A stretch of 64,000 nt of DNA, taken from contig CAVPLT010000004.1 in assembly GCA_963706325.1 (NCBI GenBank), positions 1,056,001 through 1,120,000 on the forward strand, given 5' to 3'. Shown in pieces: positions 1 through 8,666 of the stretch. Made by a program: the position numbers and the translations under genes. Within the stretch, counting starts at the first letter, position 1, and each line of letters begins with the position of its first letter. The notes below the pieces were generated by a model. That model was not told the DNA's origin. It searched no databases and was given only the letters and a program-made list of their open reading frames with translations. The DNA comes from an uncultured Nitrospiraceae bacterium (GTDB taxonomy: Bacteria; Nitrospirota; Nitrospiria; Nitrospirales; Nitrospiraceae).

Positions 1-2
1 CG

Positions 3-215
3 ATCGGGGCCTTGGGCAATCGGCTACAAATCACGCATGATGCGTTGGATACGGCTAATTTGACCATCTCAAAGTCCATTTCCAATAATCAAGATGTCGA
101 TCTCGCGACGGCCATCACGCAACTCCGCCTGCAAGAGGTCGCAGTGGATGCCACTACTCAGGCGTTCAGCAGAATTTTCGACTCGTCCTTGCTCAAGTAT
201 CTCCCTCAAGTCTGA
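3..215 (+). CDS. flgL: Flagellar hook-associated protein 3, C-terminal fragment (runs off window start)
   Basis: IGALGNRLQ...DVDLATAITQLRLQEVAVDATTQAFSRIFDSSLLKYL is a flagellin-C/FlgL-type terminus; lies directly upstream of csrA-fliW. Confidence 0.85.
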   Translation: MGALGNRLQITHDALDTANLTISKSISNNQDVDLATAITQLRLQEVAVDATTQAFSRIFDSSLLKYLPQV

Positions 216-233
216 TTCCATCCGAACCGATAG
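206..233 (+). promoter_or_regulatory. Sigma28 (FliA)-type promoter for csrA-fliW
   Basis: TCAAG-N15-ACCGATAG, 38 nt upstream of the csrA ATG. Confidence 0.65.
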
Positions 234-271
234 AGACATGCACAGCTATCCACGCGCCAAGGAAGGCTTAC

Positions 272-517
272 ATGCTGGTGTTATCACGACGCCGAGGCGA
301 AGGCGTCACAATTGGTCCCGATGTCCGCATCGTCGTTCTCGGTATCAAGGGCGGGCAGGTGAGGCTGGGAATTGAGGCACCTCCAAATGTGGAGGTGCAT
401 CGAGATGAAGTGCATGCCAGAATTCAGGAAGAGAATCGCATCGCGGCGGGACCCGACGTCATACCGCTCGAAGCCTTCCGGCAATTATCACATAAAATGA
501 CGCGCCGCGGGGCTTGA
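272..517 (+). CDS. csrA: Carbon storage regulator CsrA
   Basis: MLVLSRRRGEGVTIG...GQVRLGIEAPPNVEVHRDEV signature with C-terminal EENRIAA extension typical of FliW-regulated CsrA. Confidence 0.97.
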   Translation: MLVLSRRRGEGVTIGPDVRIVVLGIKGGQVRLGIEAPPNVEVHRDEVHARIQEENRIAAGPDVIPLEAFRQLSHKMTRRGA

Positions 518-526
518 GGTAATGAC

Positions 527-1003
527 ATGAAGTGTCAGTCGACCAGGTTTGGGACGTTTGAGGTTAAGGACGAGTGTGTACTGGTATTTCCATCCGGCAT
601 TCTTGGATTCCCGGACTGGAGCACATATGTGTTGCTCGACCACGACACCGATGCCCCGTTCAAATGGCTCCAGTCTACGGAAGAGCCACAGTTGGCATTC
701 GTCGTTTTGGACCCTGCCTTTTTTAAACCGGATTATCAGATTCAAGTTCCGTTGGATGCGCTGATCGAAATTCAGAAATCGGACAGCGACGAGCTATCCG
801 TCGTGACAATTTTGACCATTCCTTCACACGATCCCGGAGCGGTCACCGCTAACCTGCGTGGCCCGCTGGTCATGAACCATCGCACCAGACTCTGCAAGCA
901 ACTGGTCCTGTCCGAGGACCTACCAACACGTTATCCGCTCTTTGTCGACGCTGCAGTTCAACGCCCCGCGAACCACCTTCCTCTTCAAACTACGGCTTGT
1001 TAA
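527..1003 (+). CDS. fliW: Flagellar assembly factor FliW (CsrA antagonist)
   Basis: STRFG, FPSGILGFP, WLQS, LAFVVLDP, TANLRGPLVMN motifs; adjacent to csrA. Confidence 0.95.
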   Translation: MKCQSTRFGTFEVKDECVLVFPSGILGFPDWSTYVLLDHDTDAPFKWLQSTEEPQLAFVVLDPAFFKPDYQIQVPLDALIEIQKSDSDELSVVTILTIPSHDPGAVTANLRGPLVMNHRTRLCKQLVLSEDLPTRYPLFVDAAVQRPANHLPLQTTAC

Positions 1004-1125
1004 GACATTCCTTCCCGGTGATTCGCAATTCCGGGAGACGATTTCCGCGGAATGGTCGTACAGCGGCATCGCTTTGCGCCGGAACAGTCCTCTTTCGGCG
1101 GACTGGAAAAGATGGATGTAGACGA

Positions 1126-3960
1126 TCAGGCAGGACGGATCTGTTTTCTCAGCACTTCGACAAGTTGCTGAATGGTCCGTTGAAGTTGGATGACAAGTGC
1201 CGGAGCATCAGCGAGGGTCCCGAGGCGTCCGGTCGCCTCTAACTGACCGGCCAGCAACACCACGTCCGGCGCGCACAGATTTCCCGCCGTGCCTTTCATA
1301 CTATGAGCCGCCCGCTCGAGCGCGACGCTATCGGCTTGGCTGATGGCGAGTTCAATATCCCGCACCATTGTGGGATGTCGGTCCAGGAATAGCCGGATGA
1401 GTTGATCGAAGAGTTCAATATCTCCACCAATGTTCGTCAGCATCGTGCTTGCATCAAAAATACTTGCATCACTCTTGGACATCTCGCGGGGAGGAAGAGG
1501 GGGCGGCGCGTCCTCAACCGCCGACAACGGAACCCATCGCTGCAGGATTCGTCCAAGATCGTCGATCTTGACCGGTTTTGAGAGGTAGTCGTCCATCCCG
1601 GCGGCTTTGCAGCGCTCCCGGTCCCCTTGCATGGCATTCGCCGTGAGGGCAATGATGGGAATGTGGGCGCGATCCCGGGCAGCCTGGAGCCGTTGTTCCT
1701 GTTCGCGGATATGGCGCGTGGCCTCATATCCGTCCATCACGGGCATTTGACAATCCATGACGATCGCCGAATACACTTCTCGTTCAAATGCTGCCAGCGC
1801 GTCGTTCCCATTGGAGACAATGTCCGGCTGATAACCCAGGCGCTCGAGCATCCGCACCGCGAGCTTTTGATTCACCAGATTATCTTCTGCAACCAAAATG
1901 CGTGGGCGAATCCGTTGTTCCGCCAAAGTATGTCGAGTAATGAGCGTCGGCGCCATGCCCACTGATAGGCCAGTCTCACTCATCATGGCCGCAGGCGGTT
2001 GCTGGAGGCCGAACACCCCCCGGAGGCAACCTTGTAGCTGGTCATGGCGAACGGGTTTGGTGAGGTAGGCGTTGAATCCGGCGCGGCGCGCGCGCTCGGC
2101 ATGCCCGGGCTGAATCAGCGACGTTAGGACAATCAGTCGCATGTCTGCGCCTTGAGGATGCGCCTTGATCTCCTGAGCCAGTTGGAGGCCGTCTTTTCCC
2201 GGCATGAGCATATCGAGCACCGCCACGTCATAAGGCGTACCATTGGAGGCCGCCTGATTCAGCCTCTGCATCGCTTCGACGGCATTCTGTGCTTGAGCGT
2301 CTAGCATCCCCCATCCGGACACGAGGTGATGCAAGATCGTTCGGTTGGATTCATTATCGTCGACGATCAGGATCCGACGTCCGGTCAACTCTACCGACGG
2401 AACGATGGCCGGGGAACAGACCGCTTGTTTCTGGAATTTGGCCGTGCACCAGAACGTCGTCCCATGGCCAAGTCGGCTGCGCACCCCCACTCTTCCTCCC
2501 ATGAGCTCAATCAATTGTTTGGAAATGGCGAGGCCTAAACCCGTCCCACCATATTTGCGAGTCGTGGAACTGTCGGCTTGAGTGAACGGTTGGAACAGAC
2601 GCGCCTGCACCTCCTCGCTGATCCCGATGCCGGAATCAGTAACTTCAAACCTGATCGCGACTTCGGCCGGGGCGTCGTGTTCAAGAAAGGCCTGCAGCGT
2701 GACTTCTCCGCTTTCCGTAAACTTGATGGCATTGCCCACAAAATTCGTCAGGATTTGTCGGAGGCGTCCCGGGTCGCCGCGCAGTGCGTTAGGTACGGCG
2801 GCATGGACCAGACCGGTGATTTCCAGGCCTTTTCGCTGGGCGCGTTCCGCGAACTGGGACAAGACATCTTCTACCGTCGTGCGCAGGTGAAACTCCAGAG
2901 TCTCCAACTCCAGCTTACCGGCTTCGATCTTGCTGCATTCGAGGACATCGTTGATGAGGCAGAGCTGAGCTTCTCCGCATTGCTGGATCGTTTGTGCGAA
3001 GGAACGCTGCTCTTCCGCGAGCGGCGTGTCCAGGAGCAGGCTGGCCATGCCGATCACGCCGTTCATCGGGGTGCGCAACTCATGACTGATGGTGGCCAGA
3101 AATGTGGATTTAGCGTGAGTCGCCGCATGCGCCTGTTGCAGGGCTTGATCCAACTGACGATTGCTCTCACGAAGATGGTCCGCCGTATCGTTGAGCGCTC
3201 GGTGGGTCATGAACACTTCACTCAGATCAACCGCATACGCCCGTACGAGTCCGTGGCTGGGGACTGGACAAAGCGTCCAACGGTAACAGGCATCCCCCCG
3301 TATAACTTCGTGAGACGCCAGCGGTCGTCCCTCTTGCAGACAGGTTGCCACGAGTTCGGGAAGTTTCTCCGGAAGAATATCCGGTTGACCGTCGAGGTCA
3401 TACCCAAAGCGACAGAGCACTTCGATCATCGCTGGATTCACATACAGGAGGTTGCCCTCGCGATCAAGTTCGACGATCGGATAGGGACTTTCTTCAGCGA
3501 TGGTGGCCAAACGGTTACGATCGCTTTCCAACTCCAGTTCGTGGGAAGCATCTCGCAGAGTCAGTAAGGCGGTGGCGGACTCAATTCCTGACACACGAAG
3601 GTACTGCCATTCCACCACGGTGACGATGCGCTGTTCTGGCGTATCAGTTGTGTGAACTGGTTCGGCGCTCACCGTCCGTCCTCCTGCCAGTTTCCAAACT
3701 CCTGTGACTTGGAGGGACCCCTTGATGTCGAGCTGATGCCCGACAATCTCCGATAGTGTTTTCCCCACACAGTCGCGTGAAGATCGACGGAGTAGGCGGC
3801 TTGCCGAGCGATTCACGAACAGCAGGGTCTGTTCGGCGGACAACAAACACATGCCCAAAGGCACGGCGTCCCACAGTAACATCCCCAGGTCCGATGGGAG
3901 AGAAAACTCTCCCCCATCGGAAAGCGAGGTAGCACGTGAATGAGGCTTGCGATTCACCAT
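1126..3960 (-). CDS. Cytoplasmic hybrid histidine kinase (PAS-PAS-HisKA-HATPase-REC-REC-HPt)
   Basis: SHELRTPMNGVIG H-box, NFVGNAIKFT N-box, GGTGLGLAI G-box, two receiver domains (LDMLMP, MDCQMP), HPt AAHSMKG; TAATG-coupled to the HD-GYP gene. Confidence 0.95.
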   Translation of the reverse strand: MVNRKPHSRATSLSDGGEFSLPSDLGMLLWDAVPLGMCLLSAEQTLLFVNRSASRLLRRSSRDCVGKTLSEIVGHQLDIKGSLQVTGVWKLAGGRTVSAEPVHTTDTPEQRIVTVVEWQYLRVSGIESATALLTLRDASHELELESDRNRLATIAEESPYPIVELDREGNLLYVNPAMIEVLCRFGYDLDGQPDILPEKLPELVATCLQEGRPLASHEVIRGDACYRWTLCPVPSHGLVRAYAVDLSEVFMTHRALNDTADHLRESNRQLDQALQQAHAATHAKSTFLATISHELRTPMNGVIGMASLLLDTPLAEEQRSFAQTIQQCGEAQLCLINDVLECSKIEAGKLELETLEFHLRTTVEDVLSQFAERAQRKGLEITGLVHAAVPNALRGDPGRLRQILTNFVGNAIKFTESGEVTLQAFLEHDAPAEVAIRFEVTDSGIGISEEVQARLFQPFTQADSSTTRKYGGTGLGLAISKQLIELMGGRVGVRSRLGHGTTFWCTAKFQKQAVCSPAIVPSVELTGRRILIVDDNESNRTILHHLVSGWGMLDAQAQNAVEAMQRLNQAASNGTPYDVAVLDMLMPGKDGLQLAQEIKAHPQGADMRLIVLTSLIQPGHAERARRAGFNAYLTKPVRHDQLQGCLRGVFGLQQPPAAMMSETGLSVGMAPTLITRHTLAEQRIRPRILVAEDNLVNQKLAVRMLERLGYQPDIVSNGNDALAAFEREVYSAIVMDCQMPVMDGYEATRHIREQEQRLQAARDRAHIPIIALTANAMQGDRERCKAAGMDDYLSKPVKIDDLGRILQRWVPLSAVEDAPPPLPPREMSKSDASIFDASTMLTNIGGDIELFDQLIRLFLDRHPTMVRDIELAISQADSVALERAAHSMKGTAGNLCAPDVVLLAGQLEATGRLGTLADAPALVIQLQRTIQQLVEVLRKQIRPA

Positions 3961-5231
3961 TAGTTTCCGATCAAGGCAGTTTCGAAATATACGGGGAGAT
4001 CCACATGTTCCTGATTGGGATCCAATGCGCGAAGAATCGTGCGCGTCGGCTCGTCCGGATTGGTAGTCGTGAGATCGACATCGATCGGGATTTTGTGCGG
4101 ATCGCCGGTAGGCCCACTGATAATGCGGATTCTCGGTTTCAAGCGGTCGGTGTGATTAAGGCCAGTCACGACGGCCTTCTCACTGGTATTGAGCTTGATG
4201 AGACTTCCGATGGGATAGACGCCTAGGGACTTGATGGCGACCTCGATCAGCGCCTTGTCGTACCGGCCTTTTTCGCCCAGCACGAAGAGTTGGCGAATGG
4301 CATCATGGGGCAGGAGGGGAGGACGGCCGGGACGCGCGCCGACCAAGCCGTCGTACGTATCCGCCAGGCCGACAAGCTGAGCCAGTGTGGATATGGATCC
4401 GTTCTTCACTTTATTCGGAAATCCGCTACCGTCCAGGCATTCATGATGTTGCGCGATGATGCGTGTGACTGCCTCCGGCAGTGGATCTCCTTGCGAGAGC
4501 ACTACGGCGGCCAATTGCGGATGTTGCTGCATGAGTGTCTTCTCATGCTCGGTCAACGCGCTTGATTTCCGATAGACATTACGCGGGAGGCGCACATAGC
4601 CGATGTCATGGAGCAGTGCCCCGACACCGAGGGTTGCTCGATCGGCTTCATCACATCCGTATTCCACTCCGACAATAAGGGCCAGGACACAGACATCGAT
4701 CCCATGGGAAGCGAGCGTGCGATCATAGCGTCGCATTTTTTCGAGAAAGAATTCCGTCATCATCGATTCAGGATGCGCCAGAATCCGGCTGACCAGACCG
4801 ATGACAATGTGTTTGAGGGTCACCATCTTCGGTGACCGTCCGGCTTCGAGTTCGTTGAATATGCGTTCCATGGACTCCAGCGCTTCCCTGTAGGTGGCCT
4901 TGGATGCCGCGGCTTGCTGGGCACTGGTGTCGGGAGGTGTATCGACGTGATCGGACAGGGCCGACGGCTCATCGGTCAGCGCTGTAGGGGCAACCGGTTC
5001 TGTGCTCGCAACGCCGGCGTGTTCCGTCGGAACATCACCGATGTCTGCGCCGCGCTCCAGGTCAATAGTGACCTCGCGTATGCCATGTCGCATGAGTTGA
5101 GTGATGTCGTCGGGATTCGTCACGAGCCACTTGTGAAGCAGAAACGGCGTGCGATACCAGGGCTGATCCATGCCCACGATATACATTCCGAGTTTTAACT
5201 GGGCGACAGGAATGCGTTTGGTAGAATCCAT
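3960..5231 (-). CDS. HD-GYP c-di-GMP phosphodiesterase-like protein with DUF3391-like N-terminus
   Basis: KRIPVAQLKLGMYI N-terminus, LLHDIG, HHECLDGSGFP (GYP variant), LGVYPIGSL; start moved to ATG 5231 because a promoter lies at 5305-5332. Confidence 0.88.
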   Translation of the reverse strand: MDSTKRIPVAQLKLGMYIVGMDQPWYRTPFLLHKWLVTNPDDITQLMRHGIREVTIDLERGADIGDVPTEHAGVASTEPVAPTALTDEPSALSDHVDTPPDTSAQQAAASKATYREALESMERIFNELEAGRSPKMVTLKHIVIGLVSRILAHPESMMTEFFLEKMRRYDRTLASHGIDVCVLALIVGVEYGCDEADRATLGVGALLHDIGYVRLPRNVYRKSSALTEHEKTLMQQHPQLAAVVLSQGDPLPEAVTRIIAQHHECLDGSGFPNKVKNGSISTLAQLVGLADTYDGLVGARPGRPPLLPHDAIRQLFVLGEKGRYDKALIEVAIKSLGVYPIGSLIKLNTSEKAVVTGLNHTDRLKPRIRIISGPTGDPHKIPIDVDLTTTNPDEPTRTILRALDPNQEHVDLPVYFETALIGN

Positions 5232-5304
5232 ACCTAGGGTGTGCCTGGTGGCGCGAGGACTATGAGACGCGAGAGGTGACTGGCTTGTCTCCCCCGTAGG
5301 GTTC

Positions 5305-5332
5305 ATATCGGTTGATGTCAAGCCGTCCTTAA
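5305..5332 (-). promoter_or_regulatory. Sigma28-type promoter for the HD-GYP/hybrid kinase operon
   Basis: Minus strand TTAAG-N15-ACCGATAT. Confidence 0.7.
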
Positions 5333-5363
5333 CTCCATGCGATGCGTCAGGTCGGCGCATCGC

Positions 5364-5391
5364 TTGAGAATGTGGGGAATTGCACCGATAT
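5364..5391 (+). promoter_or_regulatory. Sigma28-type promoter for the YcgR-like gene
   Basis: TTGAG-N15-ACCGATAT. Confidence 0.6.
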
Positions 5392-5443
5392 CACCCATCA
5401 GCGTCCGTTTGTGCAGGTTCGTCCGCATGAGAGGGAGAAGGTT

Positions 5444-6157
5444 GTGAGCGAACATGTCGTCCCCTGTTCACCATCCGCCTTCCTTGCAGTGGGGCTCTCG
5501 CTACAACTCACTTTACCTCAGGATGAGGCACACGTTCAGTACGGTTCGTCCTTGCTGGGATGGAAGCAGGGCAGTTGGCTGATTGGCGAATGGCCGTTTC
5601 ATCTCGGGAAACCCATTCCTTGCAGTCCAGGCACGCACGTGATGCTGCGGTATATCTATCAAGGCAAAATGATCGGGTTCCACAGCGAGGTGCTGGCAAC
5701 CCAAGTCGAGCCATTTCCATTTTTGTTGCTGACGTTTCCCTCGACACTGGATGAAGTGCCCCTTCGCAGACATTGCCGGATGCCGTCGAACGAACCGATC
5801 CTTCTGCGTCATGTAAATGACGCAGCCCCCGCTCGCCCGTCGGAAACATTGACGCATATCGGAGGGTTGCTCATAGATCTAAGCGCCACAGGCTGCGCAG
5901 TCCTCCTGCAACGACCAGTGCGGGATTTTTTGCCCGGCATGGTCCTCAGAGTTGAATTTGAAATCGTGGGCACTGGCCGAGTCGACAATTTAGCAGGCTT
6001 AGTTCGAAATATCGCAATGCAGGGCGGCGAGACGTTGCTGGGCTTGGAATTTCAGTTCGACGGTAAGGAAACGATCGAATATCGCGGCTGGGGCGGCTCG
6101 GTACAGAAGGCGCTCGATGCGTTCATTCTGCGGCGACACTCGTTCGAGTCGCCCTAG
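5444..6157 (+). CDS. Flagellar brake YcgR-like protein (PilZN + PilZ)
   Basis: RRHCR (RxxxR) and DLSATG (DxSxxG) motifs after an N-terminal beta domain; GTG start at 5444 after GGGAGAAGG. Confidence 0.82.
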   Translation: MSEHVVPCSPSAFLAVGLSLQLTLPQDEAHVQYGSSLLGWKQGSWLIGEWPFHLGKPIPCSPGTHVMLRYIYQGKMIGFHSEVLATQVEPFPFLLLTFPSTLDEVPLRRHCRMPSNEPILLRHVNDAAPARPSETLTHIGGLLIDLSATGCAVLLQRPVRDFLPGMVLRVEFEIVGTGRVDNLAGLVRNIAMQGGETLLGLEFQFDGKETIEYRGWGGSVQKALDAFILRRHSFESP

Positions 6158-6190
6158 CCTGCAGCGGTTGCCGCAGACTAGGAATTTTTT
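6153..6190 (+). terminator. Probable intrinsic terminator
   Basis: CCTAG-C-CTGC...GCAG-A-CTAGG stem followed by AATTTTTT. Confidence 0.55.
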
Positions 6191-6268
6191 GCCCCCCTCC
6201 AAACGACTCCTTACTCAGGATTAGTCCCAACTTCACCGAATCTTCCCAACTCTCGCTTCACCGGCCAG

Positions 6269-6284
6269 TGGCATACATCTTGAT
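6269..6284 (+). promoter_or_regulatory. Possible sigma54-type promoter for the glycosylation operon
   Basis: TGGCAT-N5-TTGAT: correct -24/-12 spacing but GA instead of GC at -12. Confidence 0.3.
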
Positions 6285-6347
6285 TGTTCTTCCCATGCCG
6301 CCACGCATCCGCCGATGGACTGAGGAAACATTCAGAAGCGCAAAGGG

Positions 6348-7553
6348 ATGACGATTATGACTCTTCACGCCCATAGTGCCGGACTCAATCCTCGATGGTG
6401 TCTTGCACAGGACACGATTGATCAGCAAGACATTGATCGGCTGATCGCCTGGCTGGGCACGTATCCACGACTCACCAAAGGGGCAATCACCCTCGACTTC
6501 GAACGGCAATGGTCGGATTGGCTAGGGCGTCCTTATTCGGTCAACTGCAATTCCGGCTCATCGGCGAACTTACTGATGTATTACGCGCTTCTCCGGTCGG
6601 GTACCTTGCGAAACACAAGCGTCATCGTGCCCAGCGTCGGATGGGTGACGTCCATCGCTCCCGCCATTCAGTTTGGCTTTACCCCCATCATGTGCGAAGC
6701 GGATCCGGATACATTCGGACTCGATCTAAACCATCTGGAAGAACTCCTGAAACGTCATGAACCGCACACGGTCCTGCTGGTGCAGGTGCTGGGGGTCCCC
6801 CATCGCATGACTGAGTTGCAGGCGCTCAAAGACCGTTACGGGTTTTATCTTCTGGAAGACGCCTGTGCTGCAATCGGAGCGGAATACGAAGGCAAGAAAG
6901 TAGGAACCTTCGGCGACATGGCGAGTTTCTCATTTTATTTCGGGCACCAGATGTCCACTATCGAGGGCGGCATGGTGTCTACCAGTGACAAGCGGTTGGC
7001 GGATCTGCTGTTGATGTTGCGCAGCCATGGATGGAGCAAGGACCTGGATCCCGTCAGGCACCAGGCATTGGTCTCGGAGTATCAGATCGACGACTTTCAC
7101 GCTCCCTTTGTGTTTTATGAGCCGGGCTTCAATCTGCGCTCAACCGACTTGAACGCGTTTATCGGCATTGAGCAACTTCGCAAGCTGGATTGGATGACCG
7201 GTCGCCGGCAGGCGAACCACGCGCTGTATCTGGAGAAGCTCGGAGCCCGTTTTTATACGCAACGTCCGCCCAAGGACAGTAAGGTGTCCAGCATCTCATT
7301 CGGCCTCCTTGCGGACTCTCCGGAGCAACGACGACGGATTGTTCGAGCACTTGTCGCCGAAGGAGTTGAGACGCGCATTTTCTCCGCCGGCAACTTAGGC
7401 CTACATCCGTTCTGGATAAACCGCTATGGGAAAGCGAGCTTTCCAATCGCTGATCGAGTGCATTACTGCGGGTTTTTCCTGCCTAATCATGCGTTGATGA
7501 ATGAACAAGACGTAAGCCAGATCGCCCGGGTCGTACTGGAGGCCGCAGGATGA
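6348..7553 (+). CDS. DegT-fold PLP enzyme, ColD-type NDP-4-keto-sugar C3-dehydratase
   Basis: NSGSSANLL, EDAC, SFYFGHQMSTIEGG (His at the Schiff-base Lys position), RSHGW, PGFNLR, as in ColD. Confidence 0.85.
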   Translation: MTIMTLHAHSAGLNPRWCLAQDTIDQQDIDRLIAWLGTYPRLTKGAITLDFERQWSDWLGRPYSVNCNSGSSANLLMYYALLRSGTLRNTSVIVPSVGWVTSIAPAIQFGFTPIMCEADPDTFGLDLNHLEELLKRHEPHTVLLVQVLGVPHRMTELQALKDRYGFYLLEDACAAIGAEYEGKKVGTFGDMASFSFYFGHQMSTIEGGMVSTSDKRLADLLLMLRSHGWSKDLDPVRHQALVSEYQIDDFHAPFVFYEPGFNLRSTDLNAFIGIEQLRKLDWMTGRRQANHALYLEKLGARFYTQRPPKDSKVSSISFGLLADSPEQRRRIVRALVAEGVETRIFSAGNLGLHPFWINRYGKASFPIADRVHYCGFFLPNHALMNEQDVSQIARVVLEAAG

Positions 7554-7688
7554 GCTTGTCTCTCCCGCAACGCGTGCATTCAGCTGTGGTCTGCCATCTG
7601 CCCGTCATGAGCCTGCGCCCTGTGCCGGTCGCCCCGGCAGAACCACCCCAACCTTACGATCTTCACGCATAAGGGAGCTTGTTCGACC

Positions 7689-8636
7689 ATGACGACACCT
7701 GGAACACATGTGCTCGTGACCGGCGGAGCGGGCTATATCGGCTCCGTGCTCAGCCGACAGCTGCTTGATCGAGGATATCGGGTGACGGTCCTGGATAATT
7801 TTCTCTATCGTCAGAACAGTCTGATGGACTGTTGTGGCGAAGACGGTTTCCAGGTAGTTCGCGGTGACTGTCGCGATGAACGACTGATCACTGATTTGCT
7901 GCGGCATGCGGACATCATTATCCCGCTCGCGGCCCTTGTGGGCGCCCCTCTCTGCGATCGAGACCGGATCGGGGCCTACACGGTAAATTATGAAGCGGTG
8001 CAGCTGCTCTGCAAACTCTCATCGCCTCAGCAACAAATTATTTTTCCCGTCACCAACAGCGGCTATGGGATCGGAACGCCGGGCGTGGCTTGCACCGAAG
8101 ATTCCCCGCTTCGCCCCATCAGTCTGTATGGCGAGACCAAAGTGAAAGCGGAGCGAGTCGTGCTGGATCGTGGCAATGCCATTACCCTCCGTCTCGCGAC
8201 GGTGTTTGGGGTTTCACCTCGAATGCGGATGGATTTACTCGTCAACGATTTTGTCTGGCATGCCGTGCATGACCGGGCGGTCGTCGTCTTCGAAGGTCAC
8301 TGCAAGCGGAACTATATTCACCTGCGGGATGTCGTGCGCGCATTTCTTCACGCGATCGATCATTTCGGTCAGATGAAGGATCGGCCCTACAACGTGGGGC
8401 TAGATGACGCGAATCTGTCGAAGCTCGAACTCTGCCGGGAGATTCAGCGAATCATTCCTCACTTCGTGTCCTTTGAAGCACCCATCGGCGAGGATCCTGA
8501 TAAGCGGGACTACATCGTGTCCAATCAGCGATTACTGGCAACCGGGTTCAAGCCGGATTGGTCCTTGGAGCGCGGGATCCGTGAACTGATCAAGTGTTAC
8601 ACGATTATCAAAGCCGGACAATATGCCAATGTTTAA
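7689..8636 (+). CDS. SDR NAD-dependent epimerase/dehydrogenase, Cj1427-like GDP-heptose C4-dehydrogenase
   Basis: TGGAGYIG, DIIIPLAALVGAPLC, TNSGYGIG, YGETK, RLATVFGVSPRMRMDLLVNDF, GEDPDKRDY: blocks I recall from C. jejuni Cj1427. Confidence 0.85.
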   Translation: MTTPGTHVLVTGGAGYIGSVLSRQLLDRGYRVTVLDNFLYRQNSLMDCCGEDGFQVVRGDCRDERLITDLLRHADIIIPLAALVGAPLCDRDRIGAYTVNYEAVQLLCKLSSPQQQIIFPVTNSGYGIGTPGVACTEDSPLRPISLYGETKVKAERVVLDRGNAITLRLATVFGVSPRMRMDLLVNDFVWHAVHDRAVVVFEGHCKRNYIHLRDVVRAFLHAIDHFGQMKDRPYNVGLDDANLSKLELCREIQRIIPHFVSFEAPIGEDPDKRDYIVSNQRLLATGFKPDWSLERGIRELIKCYTIIKAGQYANV

Positions 8637-8666
8637 GGCGACACCACGCGAGGAAGGACGTGCAGA

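Noticed and set aside
2578..3567. 329-aa plus-strand ORF (also 34522-35520, 37950-38879, 38946-39971, 13073-13912 and 25996-26730)
   Set aside because: Antisense shadows of well-supported genes; no motifs of their own
5232..5443. Longer ORF-track starts for HD-GYP (5360) and PilZ (5342)
   Set aside because: They would overlap each other and the two sigma28 promoters; downstream starts fit the domain boundaries
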